Assembly (NCBI GenBank): GCA_964016885.1
Contig: OZ024755.1
Span: 15,438,001-15,502,000, forward strand
Direction: 5' to 3'
DNA from: Eledone cirrhosa
Taxonomy: Eukaryota
DNA length: 64,000 bases
Shown here: positions 29,073-43,399 of the stretch, in pieces
Position numbering within the stretch: the stretch's first letter is position 1
Layout: each line of letters opens with the position of its first letter
The notes under the pieces: model-generated
Seen by the model: only the letters and a program-made list of their open reading frames with translations
Databases searched by the model: none
What the model was told of the DNA's origin: nothing
Made by a program: the position numbers and the translations under genes

Positions 29073-32000
29073 CATTAATAAACACGAATCATTGAATTAG
29101 ATAATATGAAGTATGTTATCACCAGCACCATATTTTTAATTATAAACGTCTAATAGATAATGGAAGGATGAGAAACAAAATGTTGTCCACGTGACTTACA
29201 TTAATGAGATACATCGAATGTAGAAGACTCCATTAAATATTTATTGGAGATCATTTTAGTCTATATCTATATTGTGTAATTAGTTGATTAGTTTGTTAAT
29301 TAGTTATAAACTGATAAGCTCTTCATTTCACACACATATAGACTCAAACGGCCTGATGTCTATATTTTCTGCTTCATTAATGATTATTAATGAAGGCTAT
29401 TAATGAATGGTTAAACAACACCATTGGCACTCAGAAGAAGGAAAATGTGATTATAGCTAGGGAGCAGTTGAGATATTTCCTAGGGCGTTAGGAGAATGTG
29501 TGCTCAGAATAGGTAAAATCAGGAAGTGAAACCAAGTATTAGATTTATTTGACTAAGAGAATATTTTATTCTATAAAATATGCATTTCATAAATGATAAT
29601 TTTTTTTTAGATTTTGGCACACGACTATCAATTCGGGGAAGAGGAAAGTTGATTATATCGAACCCAGTATTTTACTAGTACTTTATTTTATCTAACTCAG
29701 GACACGAAGGCAAGTAATAAAACACAAAAAGACATCACATAGTAAATACAGCTAATTTACAGTCCATTTTATTATGTGTAAATTTGTTGAGGAAAGAAAC
29801 GTTGATTATATTAAGCACCAGTTAACTGAGTGATACTTTATTTTGTCAAATCTGGAAGTATGAAAGAAAGTTAATTCACCCTCCTTACTTCATTAGTTAT
29901 AATATAAAACCAAACAAACTAGAGGCGATTCCCTTAAAACAAAACATTAACTTGCGATAGGATAAAACCACGTAACGGTTTCGATTCTTTTCTGTAAATG
30001 TATCAATCTTACTTAAACCATTAACTCTCTTGGAAAAAGGTATGGTATCTCCTCTTCTTATACATTTGTGGTTCATTGCCTACTAAAAACTAATAGCGAT
30101 TGTCTTAAAACAAGATTAACTTACGACAAGCTAAAATACGATGCGCTTTCAATTCCTTGATTAAACCTATTAATTTCATTTACACCGTTAATTTTCTCGG
30201 AAAAAAAAGGCATGAACGTCCAACCATGGCTTCTCGTATTTCTGTAAATTTGTGGCCCATTGCCTAAATAGGGAAAAATCGATAATACTAAAACTGACCC
30301 TGACGTGGAAAGCATTCAAAATAATACTGCTACTGCTATTACTGGTGGCAGTACTGGTAATGATGGTGATTGTGGTAGTGGTGATGCTAAGAGCGTTAGA
30401 TTTGAAAAGGAGCCCATAATACGCCAAAATCGATATGTCACCTTGTTATAAGACATACATTGCTACTCAGCGCCTTGCTACACATTAAGTTGCCGGGTCG
30501 ATATCGAATATCAAGTTTCAACAAAGCAATTAGCATGCTAGTAACTCACTGTGGATCCCAGCAGTTAATGTAAGGCGTGCCAATAGGAGGAATAAGGGCG
30601 GTCTTGTTTGTTTGGGGCGCCTCAATATGGTTTCAACCTAGCAGAGAATGAGAATTAATAATAATTGGACAGGTTTGGCTTGGTTCAGTCAGGTTATATG
30701 CCTTGGCTGAGTGTTGGAAATAGGAGGGGGGAGAGAATGAGGAGAAGGGAGGTAAGCAGGAAGAGAAAGGTGAAAGAGATGCTGGTGTTAATAGGCAAAG
30801 GTGAAAGCCGAGAATGAGAGGGGGTAGAGAAAGAGTTAGAGCGATGCTGAGATTAATGTACAAAGAGGAAAGTCGAAAAAGAGAAGAAAGTAAATATAAG
30901 AGAGAGGGGGGAGGGGAGAAGATTTTGAGATTAATGTACAAAGGAGAGGGTTTTGAGATAGAACGAGTAAATGTAACAGAGAAAGGTAGAGATAGAGTAA
31001 GAGAGGGATACATACAAAGAGAAATAGAGAGAGTGCGTGTGTGTATGTGTGCGTGTATTTGTGTGTAATAAATATAAATAAAACTGTGGTGGAGTAGCGA
31101 AAATGAAGGCGAGGGAAGGCACAGAAAGATAACTGTCCCAATAAATAGAACGAGAGCCATCTCAGATTGGAGAATTTACTAGAGACAAGAATGGAGGCGA
31201 AAGAAATCAACAGAAAATATGGAAAAGGAAGAAGGGGTAATGGGTGCAGAAAATGAAGGGAGAATAAATAAAGAAAGTGATAAAGAAAAATAAAGAAAAG
31301 AGAGTGAAAAGTTTGAAAGCCGTTTTAAGAAGAAGAGTGGAAGGGAATGTTGGAAAGAGAGAGGACAGTATGAAATAAACATATAGTAAATATAAAATGA
31401 AGGAATAAACAGAATGAATGAAACGAACAACAAGGAAACAAACTAAGGAACAAACAGAAAATAGAATTAACAAAAGAGGAGTTTGGAGAGGGAAGGGGAG
31501 ATAATGGTAGGAATAATTAGGAGGAATTTAGTGTCTACAAGTGTGTAAAAGGTAACGTCTTAATACTGAATGCAAGAAAGAAGAAAACAAATAAGAAGGA
31601 AGGAACGAGGAAAGATTGAAGGATGAAAAAAATAATTAATAGACAGGGTAAGAATGAAAGAGAGATCGAATAAGAAAGTTGGGAAAGTGTCCAGAAAGAA
31701 TGTTTGAAACAACAAAATACTAAGACCAAGATAAGAGAAGAAAAGTGTTATATGGTTTATAATGGCCTTTAGCGAAAACTATTAATAAATAAATAGTATT
31801 ACTTAGGTATTAAATGGGAAATCTTCGTTTTATATTACCGAAATATGATTAAATGTAAAGAAAAAATGGGAAACGGACAAACACTTGCTTAGCTCTTCCC
31901 AATCTGGTAGTCCGAAAAGATTGTACTGGTAGCCCACAAATGAAGTAATGGCTGTCCACAAAGTTAGTATTAGTGGTCCAGAATGTTAGTATTGGTAATG

Positions 32001-33256
32001 TACGAAAATAGTACTGGGTCTGCAAAGATAGTACTGAGAGTATGTAATGTTAGTTGTGGGGTTGCACTAAAGTAGTACTAGGAATCTGCAAAGGTCGTAC
32101 CGGATCTGCAAAGTTAGTATAGGAGATTCGTGAGCTAAAATCTTCCATTCATCACCATCATGTTCCTGTATCTGAAGCAGCTAGTCATTGGGTCATAGGG
32201 GTGGAATTCTGGACGCTTTTGTAGTCACCCGTTGCCACTGGTCTCTATTCACCTTCGTACTTAGAAGGGTCTCAGTGCTGTGACCGGTTTAGTTTTTGAT
32301 GTTGTCGGACTAGAACTTTCTTCAATTATACACCCACTATTGTGTATCCTTACTTCTTTAAGTATAAACATTTCTCTCATTTCATTGCTATTACCGCTGT
32401 ATAACAATATGGAGGGGGGTAATTGTAGCGCGGTTTCGCAGGGAATTTCATTTAAAGGAATGAGGTCCTTGAGAAAGAAAACGTTGTGAACCATTGCTAT
32501 ACAACTGGACAGCATATCCCGACTGCGCTCCGTAGGGAAGATGGCGAACTCTTTTGCGGAGTGAACAATGATACCTGCTGCATGAATGTTTCCATCTCAC
32601 GGATTTGCCATTGATAAGGTTAACAAATCTAATCCTTTTCCATTATAATTTTTGGCCAGAGAAGAGAATCTGTGGATTTTGCAGTTTTACATATGAAAAC
32701 ACACAAGAGGCAAGTGTCATATAGAACGTATTGTAAACAAATTAATATAAATTGACCCAGACAGTAGCAGTTAACCAAACAATAACCAGTGTTACATTGC
32801 ATTAACTAACTTTACTCTGCAAATAAATATCACACCGTGTCATACCTACTTAGAGTTAGACTAAACTGGTTGGACTGTGTGGATGGTAAAAGGTCGAAGG
32901 CGGCATCAAATACTAGGTGACAAGCTCTAATCTGGGATGCAACTTGCAGTGATACCGTCTCCCTCTCGGGGCAAGAAGACAAAATCTTCGTCAGATGCAT
33001 ATTTCGTTGCCTGTCATGAATATGTGTAAGCAGTAGTATATGTGTGCAAGCCAGTGAGTGTGTGTTTTGCAAATGTCATAGACAATGCATGAGTGTGTAT
33101 GAATATGGAGGTAACAGAGCTGGGTTACTGAGAGAATGGTATGTGAGTGTTAGTGCATGTTTGTGAGTATTAGGACATGTGTGCGTCGTGAATTAGTACG
33201 GAACGAGACGCACTGGAGTGTTTATATATGTATATATATATATATGTGTGTACAGT

Positions 33257-33548
33257 GGAGGCACGTGGCCTAGTGGTAAGGGTGTTGGACTTACGATCAT
33301 AATGTCGTGGGCTCGATTCCTGGGTTGCATGTTGTGTTCTTGAGCAAAACAATTCATTTCACGTTGCTCCAGTATACTCAGCTGAAAATGAGTACCAGCA
33401 ATAGCTGGAGGTTTAACTCTGCGATGGACTGGCGTCCTGTCCAGGTGGGCGGGGGGAATTGTACTCACAGTCGCTTCACGCCATGAAACCGGGATAAGCA
33501 CTGGCCAACTGAGCCTTCTGGCTTAAGACAGACTTTAGACTTTTTTTT
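33257..33548 (+). mobile_element. tRNA-derived SINE, family B, with V-domain-like body
   Basis: A box TGGCCTAGTGG, B box GCTCGATTCC, segment TGTGTTCTTGAGCAAAACA, V-domain-like GCGATGGACTGGCGTCCTGTCCAGG, tail GACTTTAGACTTT. Confidence 0.85.
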
Positions 33549-33676
33549 AGATATATGTGTGTACATATGTATATATATATATATGTGTAGAGGGTATATA
33601 TATGTGTGTGAACCGACAATAACAGAGCTACGTATATATATGTGTGTGTATATATATATATATGTGTGCGTGTGTA

Positions 33677-33707
<31 letters not shown>

Positions 33708-33959
33708 GTATTTACGTATACATGCATGTATGTACATATGTATTCATCTGTGCGTGTGTACAACGTTTCATTCAGCGTTCGTCGAAGGGTAAGGTGGAGA
33801 GGAAAACGTATCCACGTGCCTATATGCGTGTTGTGGGGTTGTGCAAGTGTACTTGTGTACGTACGTGTATGTGTGATGAATAAATTAGAAGCGTGACGTG
33901 AGTCACCCAACTCCCCATGGTATGTGTCCTGTACGCACGCGTGTATATCTATTGGAGTG

Positions 33960-34129
33960 TTATATATATATTATATATATATATTATATATATATTATAT
34001 TATATATATATATATATTATATATATATATATATATTATATATATATATTATATATATATATATATTATATATATATATATATATTATATATATATATAT
34101 ATTATATATATATTATATTATATATATAT

Positions 34130-34161
<32 letters not shown>

Positions 34162-34163
34162 AT

Positions 34164-34194
<31 letters not shown>

Positions 34195-34303
34195 ATATTA
34201 TATATATATATATATTATATATATATTATATTATATATATATTATATATATATTATATATATATTATATTATATATATATATATCATATATATATATATA
34301 TAT

Positions 34304-34334
<31 letters not shown>

Positions 34335-34418
34335 ATATTATATATACATAATATTATATATATATAATATTATATATATATTATATTATATATACATAAT
34401 ATTATATATATATAATAT

Positions 34419-34449
<31 letters not shown>

Positions 34450-34486
34450 ATATTATATATATATATATATTATATATATATTATAT

Positions 34487-34517
<31 letters not shown>

Positions 34518-34742
34518 ATATATATATTATATATATATTATATATATATATTATATATATATTATATATATATATTATATATATATATATATATTATATA
34601 TATATATATATTATATATATATATATATATTATATATATATATATATTATATATATATATATATTATATATATATATATATTATATATATATATATATTA
34701 TATATATATTATATTATATATATATATTATATATATATATAT

Positions 34743-34774
<32 letters not shown>

Positions 34775-34917
34775 ATATTATATATATATATATTATATAT
34801 ATATTATATTATATATATATATTATATTATATATATTATATTATATATATATATATTATATTATATATATAATATATATATATATATTATATATATATTA
34901 TATATATATATATATAT

Positions 34918-34948
<31 letters not shown>

Positions 34949-35337
34949 ATATATATATTATATATATATTATATATATATATATATTATATATATATTAT
35001 ATATATATATATATTATATATATATATATATTATACTATATATATATTATATATATATTATATTATATATATATTATATATATATTATATTATATATATT
35101 ATATTATATATATATTATATTATATATATATATTATATGTATATATATTATATATATATTATTTTATATATATATATTATATGTATATATATTATATATA
35201 TATTATATTATATATATATATATTATATATATATATTATATATATATATTATATATATATTATATTATATATATATATTATATGTATATATATTATATAT
35301 ATATTATATTATATATATATATATTATATATATATAT

Positions 35338-35371
<34 letters not shown>

Positions 35372-35639
35372 ATATTATATATATATTATATTATATATAT
35401 ATATATTATATATATATTATATTATATATATATATATTATATATATATTATATTATATATATATTATATTATATATATATTATATTATATATATATTATA
35501 TTATATATATATATTATATATATATATATTATATATATATTATATTATATATATATATATTATATATATATATATTATATATATATATATTATATATATA
35601 TATATTATATATATATATATATTATATATATATATATAT

Positions 35640-35673
<34 letters not shown>

Positions 35674-35696
35674 ATATATTATATATATATATATAT

Positions 35697-35728
<32 letters not shown>

Positions 35729-35751
35729 ATATATTATATATATATATATAT

Positions 35752-35804
<53 letters not shown>

Positions 35805-36284
35805 ATATTATATATATATATATTATATATATATATATATTATATATATATATATATTATATATATATATATATTAATATATATATATATATATTATATA
35901 TATATTATATATATATATATATTATATATATATATATATTATATATATATATATATTATATATATATATATATTATATATATATATATATTATATATATA
36001 TATATTATATATATATATATTATATATATATATATTATATATATATATATTATATATATATATATTATATATATATATATTATATATATATATATATTAT
36101 ATTATATATATATATATATTATATATATTATTATATATATATTATATTATATATATTATTATATATATATTATATTATATATATTATTATATATTATATT
36201 ATATATATATATATATTATATATATATATATATTATATATATTATTATATATATATTATATTATATATATTATTATATATATAG

Positions 36285-36323
<39 letters not shown>

Positions 36324-36401
36324 AATAATAATATTTAATAAATATATATATATTATATATATATTATATATATATAGATTATATATTATATATATATAGA
36401 T

Positions 36402-36432
<31 letters not shown>

Positions 36433-36446
36433 ACATATATAATATA

Positions 36447-36491
<45 letters not shown>

Positions 36492-36586
36492 AATATATAT
36501 TATATATATAATATATGTATAATATATATATATTATATATATATATATTATATATATATATTATATATATATATTATATATATATA

Positions 36587-36645
<59 letters not shown>

Positions 36646-36662
36646 ATATATATTATATATAT
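33960..36662. repeat. 2.7-kb nearly pure A/T (TA)n/T(TA)n field
   Basis: Alternating TA with periodic extra T and very few C or G. Confidence 0.97.
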
Positions 36663-38086
36663 GTGTGTGTGTGTATGTGTGCGTGTAAGCGTGTCTTCGG
36701 TATGTTTGCGCGTGAGTATGGGTATAGCATTGTGTGTATGTGTGTGCGTATATATATGCGTGTGTGTACTTCTGTGTATTTATGTAGGTATGTATGTATC
36801 TGCATGTTTGTTTCTTATTGTGTGTGTGTGTGTGAGTTTGTATGCATGAGGTTTGTTTATTTGTTCTGACGTCACGAGTACACTACATTGACCGGCCGCA
36901 AGCTGGGTTATGGTGATTGTAGTTATCAGCGGTATATTGTTGCTGTTGTTGTTGTTGTAATGGTTCGATGGTTTTGGTGAGGATGATGGTCGTGATGCTG
37001 AAGGTGGTGAAGATGAAGCAAACGTTGAAGTTGACTATGATGATGATGAAGATGAAGAGGGGGATGACGGTGGGGGCGATATTGGTAGTTATGATAAGTG
37101 TGGTGCTTGTGGTGGCATTTGTAGTTGTGGTGATGATGCTGGTAGCACCGCTCGCTGTTATTATAGCAGTTGTGGAGGACATTAGTAGAAGTAGTTGTAG
37201 CAGCAGCACCACCACAAACGACAACAACAGCAGTAGTAGAAGTGCTTGTAGTAGTAGTATTAGGAGGAGTAGTAATAATAGCAGCAGCAACAGCAGCACT
37301 AGTAGTAGAAATGCTAATAGTAGTAGCAGCAAAACAACGGCAGTAATAGTAAAAGTAGTAGTAGTATTGACAGGTTTGGGCCGTTGACTGTGGAGACAAG
37401 GTGTGGTTTGGTGGGGGGAGTTTCCTTTGAACACCTTGGCTGTGTCTGCGCGGTGCAAGGAGATAGAGCGACGGTGGCGTAGGGATAATAGTTTACACAC
37501 GTGGATGGTGTTTGGTAATGTGACATGAAGTCTTTTGGTGTAGAAAGAGAGCGGGATAGAGTTCAGATATCTCAGGGTGAGTGTAGTGTCGGGTGTGTAG
37601 TGTGCCGGGTGCTGCGTGTGTTGGGTGTTGTATGAAGGTGTACGTAGAGTGTCGTGTTTATATCGGATGTCGTGTGCAACGACGGGTATATATCGTTCAT
37701 TGGTGTTTAGTAAATTATTTTACATCTTGATAATGTGAATGTATATGCGTGTATATATGTGTGGGTGTGCGTGGGAGGTGGCATGCGTGCGTGTGTGTGC
37801 ATGTGTGTGTATAGTCTTGAGTGTAGAGTTTAAGTGTGTCTGCGTGGTGGTGTGTTTTGATCTTTTCCATGCTAGACTTAGATTGGTTGATGGCATCACT
37901 ATAATGAAGCAATTGTAGGGATGGGGGTCGTTGTTTGTGATGTTGATGGTGGTGGTGGTGGTCTTCTTAGTGTTAGCTTGGTGATGATATTAGTGGTGCT
38001 GTTGGTAGTGGTGGTGGCGGTGCTGTCTGCAGAGGTGCTGGTAGTGTTGGTGACGACAGTATTTTGGTGCATTGTTAAGTGTAATG

Positions 38087-38140
38087 AAGCCGAAATATAC
38101 AACTGATGGCATAGTGGCCATCAGTTGTATATTTCGGCTT
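38087..38140. repeat. Perfect 24-bp hairpin, 6-nt loop
   Basis: AAGCCGAAATATACAACTGATGGC-ATAGTG-GCCATCAGTTGTATATTTCGGCTT. Confidence 0.9.
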
Positions 38141-38782
38141 GAGATGATGTTTGGTGGTGGAGATTGTCATGATTATGGTGAAGGGGCTTTGGGGGTGGAG
38201 GTGCATGTGGTATAAGAGGATGGTTGTGGTTAGGGACTAATTTGAGGGGAGGGGATATATTATAAACAAAACAAAAGTAAAAGAATAATAAAATGCAAGA
38301 GAAACGAATTCAATTGCAAACCCATCGTTCGAACCAAACCACTAAGCCATGCGCCTTCACTAAACACCACAAAAGAAAACTACATAGGAAAACATTAGTA
38401 GACAAATGTAATATTCTACAGAATTATCTCATAAAATAGGCGTTTGGAAGCCAATTTTCGTAATATAATATAATGATAAAAATAAATCATATATCAAAGC
38501 TACATCATTACATCATGCAAATATAATTATGACGGTCTCCAAACGTTGATTATAGATTTAAAAACATCAATGTTCCCCTGTAAAATCGCAAGGAAATCAT
38601 ACGGAAATATGGAAAACGTTCCCCAAATAAAGAAATATGAAACATCACGATAAAACAGCAACATTTTCCGGAAGAAATTGATCAGAAGATAAATACACAG
38701 AGCAAACCTGGATGTAGAAAACGTAGAAAAACGGAAATATCTACAGTCAAAGAAATATATCGGTAAATCTGTGAGAAACTTT

Positions 38783-38882
38783 AAGCAGGCGCAGGCTTTG
38801 TGGTTAAGGAATTGGCTTAGCATCTACATAATTTCAGCTTCATAGCATGTGTGTGGCACCTTCGACAAGTATGTTTTATTAT
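38783..38882 (+). mobile_element. Truncated head of a third tRNA-derived SINE family, interrupted by family A copies
   Basis: GGCGCAGGCTTTGTGGTTAAG...GTGGCACCTTCGACAAGTATGTTTTA. Degraded relatives near 6855-6975 (+), 27485-27610 (-), 41940-42050 (-) and 55150-55265 (-). Confidence 0.5.
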
Positions 38883-38887
38883 TACTT

Positions 38888-39067
38888 GGATTGGCTGTAC
38901 AGGTAGAGGGTCGGACGCTATGCTTTGCAACATAGAGTTACGGTCCTTTGCGGTATGAGTTCAAATCCCGCCGAGGTCAACTTTGCCTTTCATCCTTACG
39001 GGTCGATAAAATAAAGTACCAGTAATGCACTGGAATAATTGCTGGCGTTGTGCCAAAAGTAGAAACA
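38888..39067 (+). mobile_element. tRNA-derived SINE, family A (first of a tandem pair)
   Basis: Head, GTTCAAATCCC, core and tail all match the 5832 and 13250 copies. Confidence 0.88.
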
Positions 39068-39085
39068 ATTATTACTATAGCATTA

Positions 39086-39308
39086 AGGGCAGTGGATTGG
39101 CAGTATTGGTAACGCGTCGGATACCATGCTTTGCAGCATAGAGTTACGGCCATTTACGATATAGGTTCAAATCCCGCCAAGCTGTTCCTTTCACCCTTAT
39201 AAATATAATTTCATTCGATAAAATAAAGCACCACTAATGCACCGGGGTCGATTTAATCGACTTTCCTCTCCCCTTCAAATTGTTGGCCTTGTGTCTACAG
39301 TAAAAACA
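39086..39308 (+). mobile_element. tRNA-derived SINE, family A (second of a tandem pair) with 17-bp flanking direct repeat
   Basis: Full head to tail. ATTATTACTATAGCATT occurs at 39068-39084 and 39309-39325. Confidence 0.85.
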
Positions 39309-41437
39309 ATTATTACTATAGCATTGCGTTCACCAATACCATATATATGTGTGTGTGTGTGTGTGTGCGTAGTGTGTGAGTGTACGTGTGTGGGGGAGTC
39401 TATATATATACATATATGTAAGTATATTATATATATACATATAAATACTCTCTGCAGCTGTGTAGTTTTATTTAATCTGATGCTATAGATAATAGACATA
39501 AATACTATTATTTTGTCTGAGTTAGGTTGTCGCGAGAAAATGTTCGCAAACATCTTTCATGCAGTATAGAGCTGTTAGTTTCTTCGGCAACAAAGCCTGG
39601 AGCATTGTACAATGATGGGAAACATATCTCTAACAAATCACTCATCCAAGCATTTGGTTTACATCAGAGGAAACAAATATATCTAAGTAAATAATAAACA
39701 ACAATGATACCGCCGCCGTTGGGTGTTATCTACTGTGACATAAACATGGCGTTTAAATTTTTCAAAGAACCATAACTTATGATGCATATATTCATAAAGA
39801 ATTCGTTTACAATGAGAACAGATTTATGTAGGATATCAAATATAATAATGTGTACTAAAGAAGACAGGCGTATTCTGAGAACAGGAAATATATAACGTGT
39901 TGGTCAAGAATATTTATGTTAAACATTTGTTCTGTATTTCGCTCTACTTTTGTAATTATTTCAAATATATCTTTGATATTTGCAATAGTTGCCAAAAAGC
40001 TAGTAGATGCCGTGTAAAATTCATTGTTCGAAAACTGCAAGTCTAGAGAAACTGTTTTCAGTTGTAATTTAACCCAGGTCAGCTCTATAGTATGTGGATA
40101 GTTGAACTAATCATAAAATAGAATCGAAAATATATGGCTCCAAATATGACATGCCTCAGTCTCGTTGTAAATCATATTGTATATGCAGTGGTTCTTTCGA
40201 ACAGAGTTCAGTTGTTATGTAACTCAGATCAGCTCTCTGCTGTGTGGGTAAATGAACTAATAATAAAGATTTAGAGAGAGATTAAAGAAACCTGAGCTAT
40301 AAAATGCGAGCTAACGTGAATGATTTCATCGAAATATTTTTGGAGATCTCTTAAAAATGTACATGAATTATTCGTACACATTATTCATGGTTGGAAGAGC
40401 AGTAGCAGTGATGTTTCCAACACATCTAAGACATACGTAATGAAGGAAATTATCCTCAAACCGGCAAACTGGTCTAAATTCTTGTAATAGTGTGGACTCT
40501 GTTAAAGTCGATCAAGGACCAGATGGTGGTAATAAACTGGATGCCCCAAGGACCAGATGGTGGCAATAAACTGGATGCTGGGTTAAGTCTAACCTCCAAT
40601 TAAGCCACAAAAAGATTTGAATTCATAAAGGAATCAGCCGAAACAAATACCGATTTAACAATTGCACTATAACCATCACTCTAGGTGGGTACTCTATTAT
40701 ATCGATCCTGAAATAAAGAAGGTCAAATGTAACCTCACTAGATTTTTTATTAAGAGTGTCGAGTGCCGGAACAAATACCAGAAGGCATTATTCCATTATT
40801 ACTTTAAACACCGTGTCAATTCATCGCCTACGGTTTGCGGTGTAATTACTTCTAAATATTATTTTATGGATCTCTAAAGTCTGTTTAATGCAAATGTCAT
40901 ATTCTGCTAACATAAATATATTATGATGACATAAATTCCGTTTTAATGTGAATTAACTATCATTAAAGTTTAATTTTGTGACACTATGAATATATGTGTG
41001 TGTGTGTGTAACTAAACCTCTACACTAAGAAACTATTGGCACCTCTGAAACGCCCCTAATATTTTTTTCTGTTTGATGCATTTATTTTCTGTTTGATTGC
41101 TTTAGTCACGGATCTATGAGCTACACTTCATACCATTTTCAGTCCCTCGTTACTTAAATACAAACAGTTGTATACATGCACACAGTTCTTATAATGCAGA
41201 ACTGCTCGAATGTTTGCAACCTTGTCAATCATCAGCATTATTACGTCCATTGATTTACTGTATAGGTAGATCGCCAGACGCCGTGTCTTAAAATCATAGC
41301 TTTTTCATCGAATCCTGTTTTCAAACCCAGACTTCCCTTCCTTTCCTGAAGTCGCTACAAAGATCATAGGTGCAGCTTTTCCCCTTTGACTAAATCAGAA
41401 AGGTAACTCAAACGGATCTCATTATCTTCCATATAGA

Positions 41438-41660
41438 AGACAGTGGGTTGTCAGTATCAGTAGAGCATCGGACAACATGTTTGCAGTATAAAGTAACGAC
41501 CTTTTAGGTTGAGAGTTCAAATCCTGCCGATGTTAGATTTGCCTTTCATCCTTATGGGGTCGATAAAATGAACTACCAGTAACGCACTGGTTTCTATTTA
41601 ATCGACTTAACCCTTCCCTTCAAATTGCTGGCCATGTGCCAAACGTAGATACAATTATTA
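41438..41660 (+). mobile_element. tRNA-derived SINE, family A
   Basis: GAGTTCAAATCCTGCCGA, GCCTTTCATCCTTATGGGGTCGATAAAATG, GCTGGCCATGTGCCAAACGTAGATACAATTATTA. Confidence 0.85.
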
Positions 41661-42578
41661 CATCCGTTCACCTATACTTACACAAGTTGGACGAATGCCG
41701 GAGCTTAGTCCAATTAAAATGAAAGGTCACACGATTGATAATATAATGCCCCCTTCTATGGACTGCACAGCAAACCGTTGAGGGACTTTCTCCATACTGC
41801 AACTGGCACTGATTGCTTTAAGATCCTGGATCGAAACCATTAACTGCTAGGCGATGCATCATTCTTTAATTCTATAAACCAAATGCCAGACAATAGTCCT
41901 AAATCGGGTGAAAGATTAAGTCGCCTACTGGGTGCCTACACAGTTCTCGTCTATCAAATCCCACCCTCAAGTCTGTAGTCGGTATTAGAATTCTCAAAGA
42001 ATATACTTTCAAAAAGATCAATGAACAGAGGACAAAGCTGAAATCACATGGTGATTTTTTTTCTCTCTTTAAACATTAGTCTGTCACTTTCAAAAGGAAT
42101 CCTAGAAAATTGTTTTCGGAATTTGTCGTATATACGAGTTTATAATTCTATATAGCAGCCTATTATTTGAATAATATTTTAATTTTATCAGCTCTGGAAA
42201 AAATGATTAACAAAAGTGGATCTCAGCAGGATTTGAACGCTGTATGTAAAGGGTCGTAATTCATGGCGGAACTACGCAGAAAATATCTTAACATGGCCAT
42301 TTCTGTGCATTAGAATAGCTCGTGATTTCTTTTCACCAAAGTAAACCCACGTGAACACAATCAATAAAATCTCTTGTATTACCGTCACTAACAACAACAA
42401 CAACAACAACACAACGAAATAACAAGAGCCGCAACAAAAAAGACCATAGAATCTCCGAACTCTAAAGTCCATCATTTAGAATCCGTATTTTGTTCTCTCG
42501 GCAGCTGATCAGAGCAGTGGGCTAATGTTGTTGTTCTTGTGGTTGTTGCTGTACTTCGTTTTTGATGTTGCTTTTCAA

Positions 42579-42619
<41 letters not shown>

Positions 42620-42828
42620 TTCCTCCTTCGTGAAATGCCATGATGGGGGATCCATCACTGCGGAAGAATCCATTTAATCCATCTCGATACTATTGATCAA
42701 AAGATTGCTTAGGAAATAAGATATAAAAAGTACACAAGTAAAAAAAAAAAAAACTATATAGTAAAAGTCAATAAACATGACAATAAGGAGAACGTTAACA
42801 TGTTAATCAATTGAATGTATGTTTGTAG

Positions 42829-42900
<72 letters not shown>

Positions 42901-42954
42901 GTGAATATGTTTGTGTGCGCGTCTATGTATGTGTTTGTGTGTGAGTGTATATGG

Positions 42955-43007
<53 letters not shown>

Positions 43008-43399
43008 CGGATATACCTATGTATATATATATGAATACACATACACATATATACATACATGGAATATGTATAAAATAGATGTATGTATAATATACATGTC
43101 TGTGTATGTATTTATACGTATATATTTCATTTTACATTTGTGTATGTCTATATATGCAATATATATATAGTATGTGTGTATGATTCTGTGTATGTGTGTA
43201 CGATTCTGTGTATGTGTGTGCGTGTGTGTAGATCTCTCTCAAGTTAGCAGAACATAAACTGACCAAACATCTTCCACAGTGCCAGAGTCTACGAGATTTC
43301 CTTATTTCCACATCGTTCCGCTTCACTTGGTAGCCAATCACTTCACTCAGTTTCTTGATTAGTTCCAAGAGATTCCATATTTTGGTAGACATCAAGTCA

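Noticed and set aside
33257-33330. tRNA gene candidate
   Set aside because: A/B boxes are present but there is no intact cloverleaf and it continues into a SINE body. It is a SINE head.
36883-37500. Leu/Thr/Ser/His-rich ORFs suggesting a membrane or mucin-like protein (also 43132-44336 and 44931-45416)
   Set aside because: Derived from trinucleotide-type repeats open in several frames on both strands, with no domain or splice support.
40514-40579. Two-copy direct repeat AAGGACCAGATGGTGG.AATAAACTGGATGC
   Set aside because: Simple local tandem duplication with no further structure.
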